64,000 bases of DNA from Octopus sinensis (GCF_006345805.1 NC_043005.1:29946001-30010000); one strand, 5' to 3'; counted from the first letter of the stretch, positions 1 to 13,675 are shown. Notes: generated by a model from the sequence alone, not told the origin. Program-made: numbers and translations.

Positions 1-11
1 ATCTATCTATC

Positions 12-67
<56 letters not shown>

Positions 68-321
68 CATGCATGCATCCATCCATCCATCCATCTTTCT
101 CTTTCTCTCTCTATCTCACTCTCTGTCTTTCAATCTTACCCACACATCCTCAAATATACGCATGAGCTTACTCAAACAACTTTATGCACACACACACACA
201 CACACACACACGCGACATAGCCATCACTGGGCCATAACATTTTCAATGCCTTTTTCTGCACTCCATACATTGAAAACTCTTACAAATTCTGGTTGTGATG
301 TCTCCCTCCCTTTGATTTCAG

Positions 322-489
322 GCTATCAGCATCATCAGCAGTGTGCAGGAGAACTGTTCCAACCCAGTGGGACAAGCTTTAGACAAAGCTTTGGAAATAT
401 TGCGAAGCAGTGAACTCTATTCTCCCTATTTATCTCAACCAATGAAAGATGACCAAATGAGTTCTGAGCTAGTTGGAGGGTTACTGTCT
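322..489 (+). CDS. PDE8: PDE8 internal exon 1 in window (pre-catalytic helical region), AISIISSVQE...LEILRSSELYSP...ELVGGLLS
   Basis: tttcag acceptor, GTAAGT donor at 490; 168 nt, phase 0-0. Matches the PDE8 motif ALD..LEILR..ELYSP...LVGGL.S. Missed by the ORF track, which reads another frame here. Confidence 0.93.
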
Positions 490-515
490 GTAAGTTATTG
501 ATTTCAGTGTATTAA

Positions 516-989
516 CACTTTCATTACTATATTTATTTTGAGATGCTCTGTTGTTTCTTTCAATTAATTTTAAATATAACAAAGAATTTAGTAAAATAGC
601 CTAGTTATCATTAAGCTAGTGTTAGGAACATAAATTGTGACTAAGGTTTGGTAGAAGATTTTAATTCAAAACTTATGAAAACAAGACATCTGTAATACAA
701 AGCCAGACATGGTTTCAGCTGGGTTGGTAACAAAAGGGTTAAGAATTGTTTCTCTATTATATATTTTAACCCTTTTCTTACCATATTTCTGTTGAGATAC
801 TTTGTGTTTCTTTCAATTACTTTAAATATAACAAAGAATTTAGTAAAATAACTTAGTTATCATTCAGCAATGTTAGGAACATAAATTGTGACTAAGGTTT
901 GGTGGAAGATTTTAATTCAAAACTAATGAAAGCAAGATATTTGTAATACAGAGCCAGAGGTGGTTTCAATCGGGTTTGTATCGAAACGG
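516..989 (+). mobile_element. Two tandem ~220-bp MITEs with TTAA flanks (piggyBac-like; 516-738 and 770-989)
   Basis: Each copy is bounded by TTAA with termini resembling CCCTTT...AAAGGG, and the bodies are clearly homologous. Related pieces lie near 2560-2745 (-) and 6103-6343. Confidence 0.65.
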
Positions 990-1299
990 TTAATGATAGT
1001 TTGATGGTGGCAGAAACAATGGCAAGGATAATGTTGGTAGTGGCAGTGGCAACGACAATGTTGTCAATGGTGGTGGTGTTGGCAGTGATCAGGTTGAGGA
1101 TGATGGTGATGTGGAGGAGAACAAAGACTCCTTCTGAATAGCTTTAATGAATGAATGGTGTGGATAGATTTGAAGGAGAAGTCCCAGCTCTGAAGCCATA
1201 ATGTAATAATGAGCAAAAAGCCTGATCTTATGATCAGACAAAAATGTGCTGAATTTTGAGTTGACAGTGGTTTTGTTGAGCAATATGGAGCTGGCTCAT

Positions 1300-1522
1300 G
1301 GCAGCAAGCTGACAGAATTGTTAGCATGCCGGGCGAAATGCTTAGTGGTATTTCATCTGCCATTACATTCTGAGTTCAAATTCCGCCAAGGTCGACTTTG
1401 CCTTTCATCCTTTCAGGGTCGATTAAATAAGTACCAGTTATGCATTGGGGTCAATGTAATCGACTTAATCCCTTTGACTGTCCCCTCTATGTTTAACCCC
1501 CTGTGAGCAATAAAGAAATAAA
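1300..1522 (+). mobile_element. tRNA-derived SINE family B, representative copy
   Basis: Head GCTGACAGAATTGTTAGC (the other copies read GCTGGCAGAA), B-box-like GAGTTCAAATTCC, core GACTTTGCCTTTCATCCTTTC...AAGTACCAGT, A-rich tail. Other copies (approximate): + 23676-23820, 61438-61650, 62627-62830; - 50155-50384, 54555-54705, 57715-57935, 57950-58163, 58190-58350, 59670-59876. Confidence 0.85.
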
Positions 1523-1559
1523 TACGGAGTTGGCTCGTGAATGAAATGGGCCTAGAATA

Positions 1560-1990
1560 TGAAAAACGTAGGGATTCATGTAAGACACTCGCTTGGCAGT
1601 GTACTGTACACTGCCTTTAATAGGGGTGGGATGTTGCGAAATTGTAAGTAGATCCATTGTGGCTGGTGTTGGATTTTGGGAAGGATTGAAAAGTGAATCA
1701 AGAAGGAAAGAGAAATTGTTTTATCATGGATCTGACAGACACGTGAGAGAGAAAGGGGATAGCAGAGAGAGGGGAGATATGAGAGAGGTGTATAGGAGGG
1801 AGAGAGGTGATAGGAGAGAGAGGGGGTAAAGGAGAGAGAGAGAGAGATCAAAACTGAGAGCAAAGAACATTTTGTCAGCAAGTAATAAACGAAATTGTTG
1901 TGTTGTTGAAGGACTTTCTTTGGTTTGGTGATTACATGGGTGAGGGTGGGGGTGGGGTTGAAAGTCTGAGCTAAAAGACACCTGCCATTA
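1560..1990 (-). mobile_element. Possible Penelope-like GIY-YIG endonuclease remnant, split by a (GA)n tract
   Basis: Minus translation KPKKVLQQHNNFVYYLLTKC...HFSILPK...IYLQFRNIPPLL resembles the PLE endonuclease region, but is very degenerate. Confidence 0.35.
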
Positions 1991-2768
1991 CCTGATAACA
2001 TCAATGCTATGTGATGCTGCTGTAGGAAGAAATATTGTCAGAAACAGCCAAGGTCATTGTGATCAATCAACAGCTGATGGTGAGAGTGTGCCACAGTGTG
2101 TGTTTGTGTGTGGGTCTGTGTTTGTATGTATGTGTCTGTGTGTATGTGTGTGTGTGTATGCATGGATACGTGTGCGTGTCTCTATGTGTATGTTTATATC
2201 TGTGTGTCTGTGTGTGTATGAGTTTCTGTGTGTTTGTGTCTGTGTGTGTGTGTCTGCATGTGTGTGTGTGTTTGTGTCTGCATATGTGTGTGTGCGTGCA
2301 TGTGTGTGTGTATTTCATACAGGCTTTTATGTACCAAGTTCAAATTCCACCAGGGTCAAATTTTCCTTCCATTCCTTCTGTGACAATAAAATATTTAAAT
2401 CCCTGTCAAATACTGAGTTGATTTAACTGAGTGATATTCATGTCTCCCAAGCTTCTTCAGGCAAGGGACAGTGGTCAGTAACCTGTAAAAGAATTTTCAT
2501 TTTCAATGCTCATGCATTAAGGACAGATGAGTAATTAGCTTTCAATGACATTGTCCTTATGTCCACATAACACCAACCCACTTGAGACTTCCCTTGATCC
2601 TATGATACAAACTTCTTGTTTTCATATGATCTGCTTTAAAATCTTCCATCAAAATTTATGGTAATTTATGTTCCAAACACCAGTTTAATAATGACAATGT
2701 TATTTTACTAAATTCTTCACTATATTCGAAATTAATTGAAACAATTATGATAACAAAAGTATTAAATA

Positions 2769-4375
2769 CAGGGTGATATCAAAAACATCCTGGACTAGGT
2801 CTGTAGCATGCCAACAGATGGCAGCAGATGGTTGCATGTGTGATGGGAGCTTGTAGTGACCCTCATAAGTGGGCTTAGGGACATTGCTGCATTTATTTTG
2901 CAAGTTATGAAATTTGTGTTTTTGTGATAACATGTAGGCTGTATTTGCTATTTTGTCACAGACAGAAAGTTGGAACAAAGAGCCAACATCAAATTTTGAT
3001 TTAAACTTGGGAAGTTTGCTACAGACATTGGGCATACTTTGCCAAGCTTATAGTAATGAGGCAATGGGTTGTACGCAATGTTTCAAGTGGTACAGGTACT
3101 TCAAAAGTGAAACAATGTTTCTGGAGGATGATGAGTAATCTGGAAGACAAGAAGCAATCTGAAAGATGATGAGCAATCTGGAAGACGATGAGCAATCTGG
3201 AAGACAATGAGCAAGCTGAAAAATGATGAGCAATTTGAAACATGATGAGCAATCTGGAAGACGATGAACAATCTGAAAAATGATGAACAATTTGAAACAT
3301 GATGAGCAATCTGGAAGACGATGAGCAATCTGATAGACGATGAGCAATCTGAAAGATGATGAGCAATCTGGAAGACGATGAGCAATCTGGAAGACGATGA
3401 GCAATCTGGAAGACAATGAGCAATCTGGAAGGCAATGGGCAATCTGAAAGATGATGAGCAATCTGGAAGACCTGCCATGAGTGTCACACTAGGAAATGTA
3501 GATAAAATTCATCAGCTTGTGCATGAAGATCATTGGAGGACAATATTGCTGATGTTGTTCGTCTGTCTTATGGGTTCATGGAGGCAATCATAATGTTTGA
3601 ATTGAAGATACTGTGTGTCTCTGCCAAGTTTGTCCCCTGCCTGCTGATCACTGAGTAGAAAGAACATCGCATTGAAGTCTGTCAACATCTCCATCACTGT
3701 GCTGCTGATAAGCCATCCTTCATGTCGAGGATCATTACCAGAGACAAGAGTTGAGTCTACAGGTACATCCCTGAGACAAAGTAGCAGTTGTCACAATGGA
3801 AGATCCCTTCATTTCTATGACGACGGAGCTACAGCTCACTCAAAAGCATGCTCATTGATGATTGTTTTCGACATCTGCAATATTGTGCATTGAGAATTCA
3901 TTCCTCCAAGAGTTCTACAGTGATGTTTTGAAGTATTTGAAAGGGGACATTTGGCAAAAGTGACCAGATCTGTTGAGTGCAAAGAATCAGATTCTTCATG
4001 ATGAGAGTGCTGCACCTGATGACTGAGCTAACTTTACTCATGAGTTTCCCGCTAAAAACAACAGGGCATCACTTCGGCACCCACCTTGTTTGCCAGATTT
4101 AATACCTGCAGACTTCCACTTCTTCCCCAAGATAAAAAAAAAACAGCTTAAAGGTTGCAATTTTAACACCATTGTTGAGATCCAGAGCAAATCGCAGAAG
4201 GTCCTCAACTCACAGAAAATGACTTCCAGGCTGGATTCCAAAAGTGGCAGGAATGCTAGAACCAGTGTATCGCTGCATAAGGGGTCTATTTCAAAGGAGA
4301 TGATGTTAAAACTTCGGTAAATAAGTAATTTTTTATTAAACGCAACTTGTCCAGGAACATTTTGATACCATCTCG
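2769..4375 (+). mobile_element. Full-length dead mariner transposon with an internal minisatellite
   Basis: 30-bp TIRs (22/30 identical) and TA flanks. Transposase remnants AYSNEAMGCTQCFKWYRYFKS, SGRP, AKFVP, LMIVFDI.NIVH, PDLIPADFHFFPKIK. About 1.28 kb once the extra repeat units are removed. Confidence 0.9.
3130..3471. repeat. 19-bp minisatellite, 18 units (consensus GATGAGCAATCTGGAAGAC)
   Basis: 342 nt = 18 x 19. It explains the three overlapping minus-strand ORFs with 19-aa periodicity. Confidence 0.95.
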
Positions 4376-4973
4376 TATATATCTCCATTGAGAAATATAT
4401 TTAAATATTTTTTGTTTTATTTCCATTATTCTATTGTTATACCAAACAATTATTAAATGATAGTTGATTTAACTCTGAGAGGAATTATAGTCAGCGCCAA
4501 GTTTGGTATGTCATACATAAAACACCAGAAACTTCTGAGAGCAACAGAGCAAGTTTTGTGTTAGTTGTCATTTATGCAGTGTCACTTCACTGTACAACCG
4601 TAATATAAATTCCCTCATGGTACTTCACTAGAACTATTGAGAACTGAATGTTTAGCAGCACTGGCATATAAGATAGAGACACATTAACACTTCAGCTCTG
4701 TTACATAGATACCACAGTAGTATATCTCTATTATTTCTCAGCTTGTGATTGTTCAAAGATAAAACGCTAAAGAGATTAGGTTGATGTCTTGTTGTTCAGT
4801 CAATGGACTGTGTCTTCTTTTACTAATGTACAAGAATTAAAGAAGGTCGAGTTTGCATCACATAACAGCTGTGAATCTGCTAATGAGTTTATGTAAGTTT
4901 GGAAAGCTGTCTGTGAGACATTACTGCTTATTGAATAAGTAATGATTATAGAACTATTTCTTTGTATTTACAG

Positions 4974-5019
4974 CAAGGATTAAGAAGACGCTTTTCAAAC
5001 TATGACGTCAACAGATCTT
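4974..5019 (+). CDS. PDE8: PDE8 exon 2 in window, QGLRRRFSNYDVNRS
   Basis: tttacag acceptor, GTAAGT donor at 5020; 46 nt, phase 0-1. Corresponds to the PDE8 GLRR.S motif, and its phase joins both neighbouring exons. Confidence 0.88.
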
Positions 5020-5193
5020 GTAAGTATATTTCTTATTGTTAAGCTTATTATCTTTATCATTTTAAAAAAGTTGGACATTGCAACACATAAAACATTTAAC
5101 ATAAAAATACTAATTAAGTGCAGAAAACCGCAGCATCTATACTAATTAACAAAAATATGTATATTGGCTACACTGTATGAATATGTGTATATA

Positions 5194-5303
<110 letters not shown>

Positions 5304-6623
5304 TAGATATAGAGGGTCATCAGAATATGATACAAAGTCATTGCCAGATCAGGTGAAGAGAATTAGACCTTAAATGAACCAAAGTTTCCTTCCGTCTGTC
5401 TTTTGATCAATTTGGCAAAATCTACTGATTTCTATTATCAAAAAAAGGCAGATAGAACGAAAGCCTTGTTGAGATAAAGGTAATATCCTTTGCTTTATCA
5501 ATGATAAACATAGATTAGGCATTACATATTTCTAATGCTAGGTTTTATTAAACTTTTTGTTTCTTTACCCTAACATAAACAATAAGAGAAAATCCTGACC
5601 ACTGCCAGATAGAAGAAAATGGCCACCACACCATAAAATATCGCAAATGAGAGCAAGACATCAGCAGATACAGGGCAGAACTGTTCTATGAGGAACAGTA
5701 TTATCTCCACCCAACAGTCATAACCTGGTGTCCTTGTAGCAATAAAAGGCGACAATTATACAGGATAATGTTAGAACATAAACGAAATTGGAAGTGTATT
5801 AGAATTTTATATCCTGAAATTGATGAAACCAGACTTGATATGGACACAAAGGAAGATCTCAAGGTTATTGTAAGATCAAAAGTTGTCCATTATCAATTAA
5901 CTATTTCTTCTTCGTAGATCTTTATTGCTCTGAATAGATTCCAGCGACATTTTATATCACTTTATCATGTAACACATCTCTTCTTCCACTCCTGTCATGA
6001 TCCTAGCCTTTACACACATCTTTACTGTATACCTTTCTTGTTATATCCTTTTCTCTCAATCATTTCATTCATTCAGTTCCAACTTACACCACCACCAACA
6101 ACTTAACTCTTTTGATACCAATCTGTCTGAGACGACTGCTCCTGGTTCTATGATACCACCTTCCAAGTTTATAAAGTGATCAAAATTAAAAACTTGCATC
6201 AAAATTTCATGCTAATTTAAATTTATATCCGAAATACTAACTTGATAATGACAAAGTAATTTTAATAAATTCTTAATTATACTCAACATCGTTTGACACG
6301 AGAGCAGTGTATTTCGAATGAAATATGGTAACAAAACAGTTTCACTTCCACAGTTGACACTCAGCTCCACCCTGAGTTTTAACAGCTAAGTTTTTGTATT
6401 ATTTAGTTATTTTATTATATGACAAAACAGTATAATTAAATAGACATCTGCTACGATATATTAAATATTACTATCTATCAATACTGCTCTACTATATTCT
6501 TGAAGTTTTGTGCTCTGTTATGTGTTATCTTATATTATTCTTAATACTAATATTGTACAATACATTATATTAGAAAATTACTATTTGTAAATCTCACAAC
6601 AAGAGATATTCAGCAACAGTACT

Positions 6624-7065
6624 TTGGAGTAAAGATTGTTTGCCAACATAACATGGCAGTCCTGGTTTATGATGAATGTTGCTGTAATTTAACCCCAGGA
6701 GACATCATCTCCAGCTGGCTATATGACATGATCTGTGTCCTTATATTTTCAAAGGGTATCTTGCACCCCCAATCAGCTAAAGACAATTTCTCTTCATCAG
6801 CACAGAGTAATTGTTCGGCTAGAGGTAGTGTTGCCAAATTCCCTTTCGAAATATATAGTTTCTAAGGTAACAACTAGCCACTGATCTATAAATTAGATAT
6901 TGTTTTGAGCTGGGCGGGGGTGCTAGATTCCCTTGTTCGAAAACATAAGGACACAGATCGTGTCGTATAGCCAGCTGGAGACGATGTCTCCTGGGACTAA
7001 ATTACAGCAACATTAGTCCTAAACCAGGACTGCTATGTTATGTTGGTAAATAATCTTTACTCCAA
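6624..7065. mobile_element. Foldback/MITE-like element with ~165-bp inverted arms (6624-6790, 6895-7065)
   Basis: The arms align along their length, about 85-90% identical by eye with mostly transition differences, around a ~105-nt spacer. Confidence 0.8.
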
Positions 7066-7653
7066 TATATTATTTGTTTGTCATTTTAATATGTATCATT
7101 ACTGAAAGTAAGAGTATAAACATATGGATATGCAGAATACATGCATACAGATGCACACACATACATATATACATATGCATACACACATACATACATACAT
7201 ACATACATACATACATACACACATACATGCATGCATAGGCACATGCATACACACACACACTGACCCACACACATGCGCACAAACAAACAAATAGTAACGC
7301 AGTTTAAATAACGGACAGAGTCAAGACTATTGAAAAGGTTGCAAAATGCAACGAAAATTTTAGGAAAATAAAAAATAAGAAATAAGTGGAAATTTTACCG
7401 GTGAGTGTGTTAAATTATAAGGCACAAAAAGAAAATGACTCTCCCCAGACACAACAGTATAAACACATTTATTGATAACATATATTGATAACATATTGAA
7501 ATGGAGCTGATATTACACAACATCTGACCAAAGGACTAACATCTACCACTTTTTCATTTTTGATTGAAACTAGTGTAGCATTGAGACACATGCATAAAAC
7601 AAATATGGCATGGATTTAGATAAGGGCTTCAGTGGGGAGTGTGTGTGTATGTT

Positions 7654-7708
<55 letters not shown>

Positions 7709-7754
7709 ACTAGTATGGATAAAAATGCTATATTCAACAGTCCTAAATTAGTTA

Positions 7755-8290
7755 GATGTTGAGCAAGGAAGCACCATCCTCTCCAAACCTTTTTATCACA
7801 TGTCTATAAATGGTCATCAAGAACATTGACTGGACAGGTGGTGTGAACATCAATAGCAAACAACTAACACTCCTCCAATTTTCAAATGGCATTGTACTCA
7901 TCACTGAAACTGCAGACCATACTGAAAGACCTGGACACTCAGAGCTTACCAAATAGGGGTGGAAAACAATGGAATCGAAGAGGTGAAGGAGTACATCTAT
8001 TCATGTCACACAGTGAATATTTGCCAAGATATGGATGCTAAAATCTCAAAGAGAATAAGGGAAGGATGGAAGGTTTTTAACTGAAGAAAGGATGTGCTCC
8101 AAACAAAGCTAAACAATGTCATGTGTGTCTCACTCTCCAAAAGCAGCATCCTCCCGGTGCTCTGATATGAAAGTGAGACATGGGCTACAGTGACGAGGAT
8201 AGAACATTGGTTAGCTATGATGCAAAGGACTATGAAGAATATCATTACAAGAGCATATTCGAAATGCAGTAATTTGAGAATTGAGCAGAG
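7755..8290 (+). mobile_element. Degenerate RTE-clade LINE reverse-transcriptase fragment
   Basis: Broken translation QGSTILSKPF...GVNINSKQLTLLQFSNGIVLI...EEVKEYIY...ETWAT resembles RTE RT motifs. Confidence 0.65.
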
Positions 8291-8580
8291 TATTACAAAA
8301 GACTGAAAAAGTCAATGAAGTAATTTTTACTGTGAAGTGTCAGGAAATGGTTTCAACTGCAATCAAATTGCGACATAAAACTTTGGATGTAAAATATGGT
8401 CTTCACAACAGTGTTTCAAGTACATTTGGTTGAGCAATTTGAATTCAGTGCAGAATGTGGTTCCACGCAAAACCACCACATCTGCATATTCTTATATGTT
8501 CTCTTGCTAGTATAACAGCACTCTTCATTACATAGCAGCACCATTCGCCTAATAGCAGTATTGTTTACCATATTTGGGGA

Positions 8581-8799
8581 GAGGAGAGTGCTGAAAAGTT
8601 CCCGGCTTTAAGGGTATCATGAAACACCTAGCTGGAGGCCCAACCTTCTGAGTTCTCTTTCAGGGTTTAGAAAAACTGAAATACCGCTTCAATAAGTATG
8701 TGAATCTGAGAAGGAAATATATTTGAATAAAATCATAACTAATTGATTCTCCTGTATTTTCTTTTACCCAAAGCCAGCAATTTTTCAACATCACCTCAT
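8581..8799. mobile_element. Mariner-derived MITE, 80 nt upstream of the exon 3 acceptor
   Basis: Inverted ends GTGCTGAAAAGTTCCCGGCTTT / AAAGCCAGCAATTTTTCAACATC. Confidence 0.65.
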
Positions 8800-8879
8800 C
8801 CCAGTTCTATTTGCTGTGTATAGACATGCACACACAGCCAGTCTATGTCGACTTAACCTGAGTTTGTTCTCTTTTGCAG

Positions 8880-9021
8880 CCCATCACTCACATTTCCACA
8901 ACATTCCATCAAGTCCAACGACACTCTTGAACCAAGTACCAGAAAAAATCCAGTTAATACTGGAAACAGAAACCTCCTGGCACTTTAATATCATAGATCT
9001 GGAGAAAGCTACGAACAACAG
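8880..9021 (+). CDS. PDE8: PDE8 exon 3 in window, start of catalytic domain (...VPEKIQLILETETSWHFNIIDLEKATNNR)
   Basis: ttttgcag acceptor, GTAAAG donor at 9022; 142 nt, phase 1-2. W.FNI..LE motif of PDE catalytic domains. Confidence 0.95.
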
Positions 9022-9147
9022 GTAAAGAATTATTGTCTGTGGTTTGGGCAAGTGTCTTCAATAATAAATCTGGGCTGAATAATGTCTTGTGAGTGAATAT
9101 GGTTGACAGAACTTGCATAGAAGCTTGTTGTGTGTGTGTGTGTGTGT

Positions 9148-9240
<93 letters not shown>

Positions 9241-9532
9241 TGCGTGCATTCCCCCACCATTACTTGACTACTCTTTTGGTTTGTTTACCTCCTTATCACT
9301 CAGCAGTTTCTCCCAAAAGACTGACTGAATAAGTGCCAAACTTAAAAAAAAAATACTGGAATCGATTTGTTTGACTTAATTCTTTAAAGTGGTACCCCAG
9401 CATGGCTGCAGTCCAGTAACTGAAACAAAAGAATTAAGATTGTAGAAGCATAATTATTCACATAAAAATGAATTAAAAGAAAATATAAAACTCACAATAA
9501 TTAAAACATGATATAATTATATATATAATGAT

Positions 9533-9622
<90 letters not shown>

Positions 9623-11740
9623 ATTATATATATATATATTTATATATATATATAAAACATGAAAAATTGTTGGCTAAGTTAGGTTAGTGTCCTAACTTTT
9701 TACCTGCTTGCCAATATTTGTATTGTGTTCTTGGGCATTGAAAAGTGCATTCTGTGTCAGCTGTGCTTTGAAAACATAAACATCTTCAGATTATAGATTG
9801 CTTTAATTTATTGTAGCCTGTCTAGTTTTTGCTAACAACACATTTTTTTGCATGATGTCTATATTCTAAACCTAACTGTGTTTCTATGGTTTTTACTTCT
9901 TCAAAATGTCCCTAGCACCACAATGAGTTGCTTGTTTGATTTTTTTTGAAAATGGTGAATCTTTATTACTTTTCTGAGGATAAATATTGTTATTTACTCA
10001 CCTCTTTTTATTGATTTCTGTTGACTGTTTTTTGAAACATTTCTTACTTTTCTCTCTTTGTATTTCTAATCATTATTTCTTGTCTCTCACACAACTATGG
10101 ACCAGTTCTACTCTTTACTTCCATTAGCAGATGAGATGTTTGCTCATTTATTTCTAACACAGTGCAGTGCATGAAGTGATTTCTCCTGCTATCACCAGAG
10201 TTGTTGTTCTGGAAACACATCTTAACTCTTTTTTTGCTGTTCTAATTGGTCTCCATTTCATTCCAGTTTTTATTTGGATTTTTTTCTTAGACTTTCTGGT
10301 TCTTCAAGGCATGATGCTCAGAGGTGATTCTTACTATGACAAATATAGTTACTAGGACTTTTGACTTGTATCCACATTCTAGTGGCATTTGTTTCAGTGC
10401 TTCAACTAGAAAGAGTTCCAGTATGGCCTTACAGCTTTCAGGATAATTATGATTTGCAAATCATTTTGATGCTCCCAAACTTCATGTCATCTCTCATTAA
10501 CTCTGCTTTAACAACTTTCTCATGCAGTGATAAGAAAGTGATGACAAATTATGAGCCTGATGTCTCTTATCAGTTACTCTTGTATTTCTTTGCCCCTTGT
10601 ATGGGTGAAAGTATATCTAACAATTTCTGTCTGTGTCTTGATTGAGACTTCTATTTTGAAAGAGCAGCAGATATGACCATAACTTGCTTTTTCAACTGAA
10701 AGGATTTCTTCCTGATATATCCTGAAATGTCTTTATAATTTTTGTTGTGAGAATTCTATTTTTGCTAGAACACAGCTATATAATTTTTCTATTTCTCTTA
10801 TTTGGATTAGATCTTATAGCAAAGAAATCAAAGAAATGCTTTTTGATCTTACAAAATTCTCCAAACTCTTTTCTTTTCCTTGGAGTTGTGTTAAATCTAA
10901 AAAATTTATTGGTTCTGTTTATAATGTAATTGAAGCAAGGGTAACTTTAACACAGCTATTATGGGAAAAATTTTAAATGCAAATGTTACCATTGTTGTTG
11001 TTGTTATATTTATCACTATCGTCAAAATTGCCTGTTAGAATGTTTGAAATATTTCTATGTATTCCTTTAAATATTTATTTTTGCTTTTTGTGTTCAGTTG
11101 TGTACATTGTTTCTGTGTTGTTTTTACCTCACTAGCTATTGAAATGTTTTGTTGCATATTCTAAATGCGTTTTGTGACCACTTTGAAAGTGAAAATGTCA
11201 AGTATCTAAATTAAATAAGAGAAAACAAACCTTTTCACTTTTGTACTCCTCCTCCAAATATCAGGGGCAGGATTTTTTCAGAGTATTATGATCCTATTTA
11301 GCAAATACTACAACCAAAAATTAATTACATAATTCAATAAATATGGTCTGCCTTTGGAGAGAAATAAATACAGATGTGTATGCTTTGAAAGACCCAATAA
11401 TAATAATTATTATAACAATTTCTTCAACTATTGCTACCTGTTCCTAAATTTGTGGGGAAGGTGTTAGTTGATTAAATTGATGTCAGTACATATTACCTAT
11501 GAATAGAAGAGATATGAAACTATAAAAATATTAAAAAATCTAACCATATGTGTTTGCATAAATATATATATATATATGTATGTATATGTGTTTGTGTGCT
11601 TGTCTGTGTGAATGCCATAAACATATGTGTACATGCATTAGAAACATATATATATATATAATTTTTTTTTTGTTGGCATCCTTTTTGTCTCGGGAGACAA
11701 TGGAATTGTGCATAAAATAATTTAGTCTGGCTTTTACATT

Positions 11741-12170
11741 TCATGTCTTAATACATCTCCTGCTGTGGTTGTGTAATCCTATCCTGGACAAACTCTTCCT
11801 CTGGCAGGTGCCGCAAATGTAGTGAAGACTTTGCCTGGCTGGTTGTAATGTCATAGTTTCTTGTTGACGTCTTTTCTTGTCTTTCCATTTCTCCTCTCCC
11901 TCTATGTCACTCCTTTGTGTTCCCTCTTTTACGGTACGTCGCCAATCTCCACGGTTGCTGGCAACTGCTTCCCAGTTGCTAATATTGATGTCGCAGGCCT
12001 TCATGTCCTTTTTGCAAACATCCTTGTGTCATAAGAACGGTCTTCCCACAGACCTAGTGCCCCTAGCAAGGTTCATCAACTGTTTAGAGCACGCATGTAG
12101 TGACTTTGGCTTAGTTATCAGAGTATGGCCATACTCTTTTCTTTTTGGTCATTCCTGATGATTACTGGAT
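11741..12170 (-). mobile_element. RTE LINE 3' fragment with terminal zinc finger
   Basis: INISNWEAVASNRGDWRRTVKEG...CGTCQRKSLSRIGLHNHSRRC is a typical RTE C-terminus. Confidence 0.8.
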
Positions 12171-12501
12171 TGGAGTCTCTATCTCTGGCATGCAACCATT
12201 TGAATACTTTGTTATCATGAGACTAATAATAGCAATGATATATATATATATATAGATAGATAGATAGATAGATATACATATATATATACTTTTATATATA
12301 CATATATGTATACTATGTGTGTATGTATATACTTATATATATATATGTATGTATGTATGTATGTATATATATATATTTATAAATAGTTATATTCATATAC
12401 ATGTATGTATGTATGTATGTGTATGTATATATGTATGTATATATATATATATATATTTATACAAATGTATGTATATATAAGTATGTGTATATATATAAAT
12501 A

Positions 12502-12541
<40 letters not shown>

Positions 12542-12625
12542 TTACATGTATGGGCATGTATGCTTGTGTGTGTGTGTGTGTATGTGTGTGTGTGTGTGTG
12601 CATACCATAGGTACAGATATATATA

Positions 12626-12689
<64 letters not shown>

Positions 12690-13675
12690 TATCCTTGAAT
12701 GTAAGATAAAGAATAATGCTAAGATCTAAAACCATAATTGATAAGAAAAATATTCTTCCATCTGTATAATCATTTCTGAGAGAATTACTGAAATATATTC
12801 TATATGACATTGTAACTAATTGGAAATTTGATATCTACCCATGTGTTTGTATGTGTGTGTGTATGTGTTTGTGTGTGTGTGTGTGTGTAACTGTAAATAT
12901 GATTATATAAATATATATATATATGTATGTATGTATGTATGTATGCATGCATATAGGCCTGTGTATACATGTTTATGTATGTGGGTGTACATGTGTGCAT
13001 GAATTTGTTTGCTTGAGATAACATGTATGCATGCACAGGCTTTTGTTAGTCTGAACATTTGGATACATATTTACATTTACATATGTGCATTTGTGTGCAT
13101 GTGTAGCATGCATGCATGTGTGTGTGTGTATACATATTTATTTACTAGGTTTTCTGCATGCCATGGTTGCACGCAGTGCACTTAAAGATAGATTAGCAGC
13201 AGTATTCAATTGCATTGTGGGAAGATTATAAGAAGAGAAAGCTAACACAATAACAACCAATATAGATTTAACACAAACAACAACAACAATAGCAACAATA
13301 ACAACACCAAGAATAACAACAACAGCAACAACAACAACAGCAACTGCAGCAACGGCAGATAAGGATTTGAATAAGAACAGCTACAAGAACTCTGCAATAA
13401 TGGCAACAACACTCCTACTTTCGCTGCTAAAGAAGTAACAACAGCATCACATGTACACACATGTAGGATTACATAACATGTGTCAGTGTGTCGATGTTTA
13501 CGAACGTCGGCTCATGTGTGTGCATGTGGAGGTAGTTGTTTAATGTGTGCATCAGTAAGCATACTTAAGCATACTTTTGTATGCTTCAGCTACATGTTAA
13601 AATGTTATTTTGTACTTGTTTATGTCTATGTATGTGTATCAGTGTGTGTGGGTGTAAAAAATATATATGCATATA

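Noticed and set aside
69-413. 114-aa ORF at the window start
   Set aside because: It begins in microsatellite and overlaps the real PDE8 exon (322-489) in the wrong frame.
1595-1957. 21-nt palindrome (1595-1615) and a G-quadruplex-like run (1938-1957)
   Set aside because: Short motifs expected by chance in 64 kb of repeat-rich DNA, with no supporting context.
3019-3487. Three overlapping minus-strand ORFs with a 19-aa repeat, resembling a repeat protein
   Set aside because: An artefact of a 19-bp unit with no minus-strand stops; the array lies inside a + strand mariner.
9900-10950. Possible minus-strand LINE remnant
   Set aside because: Too degenerate for me to assign a motif; it needs a BLASTX or HMM search.
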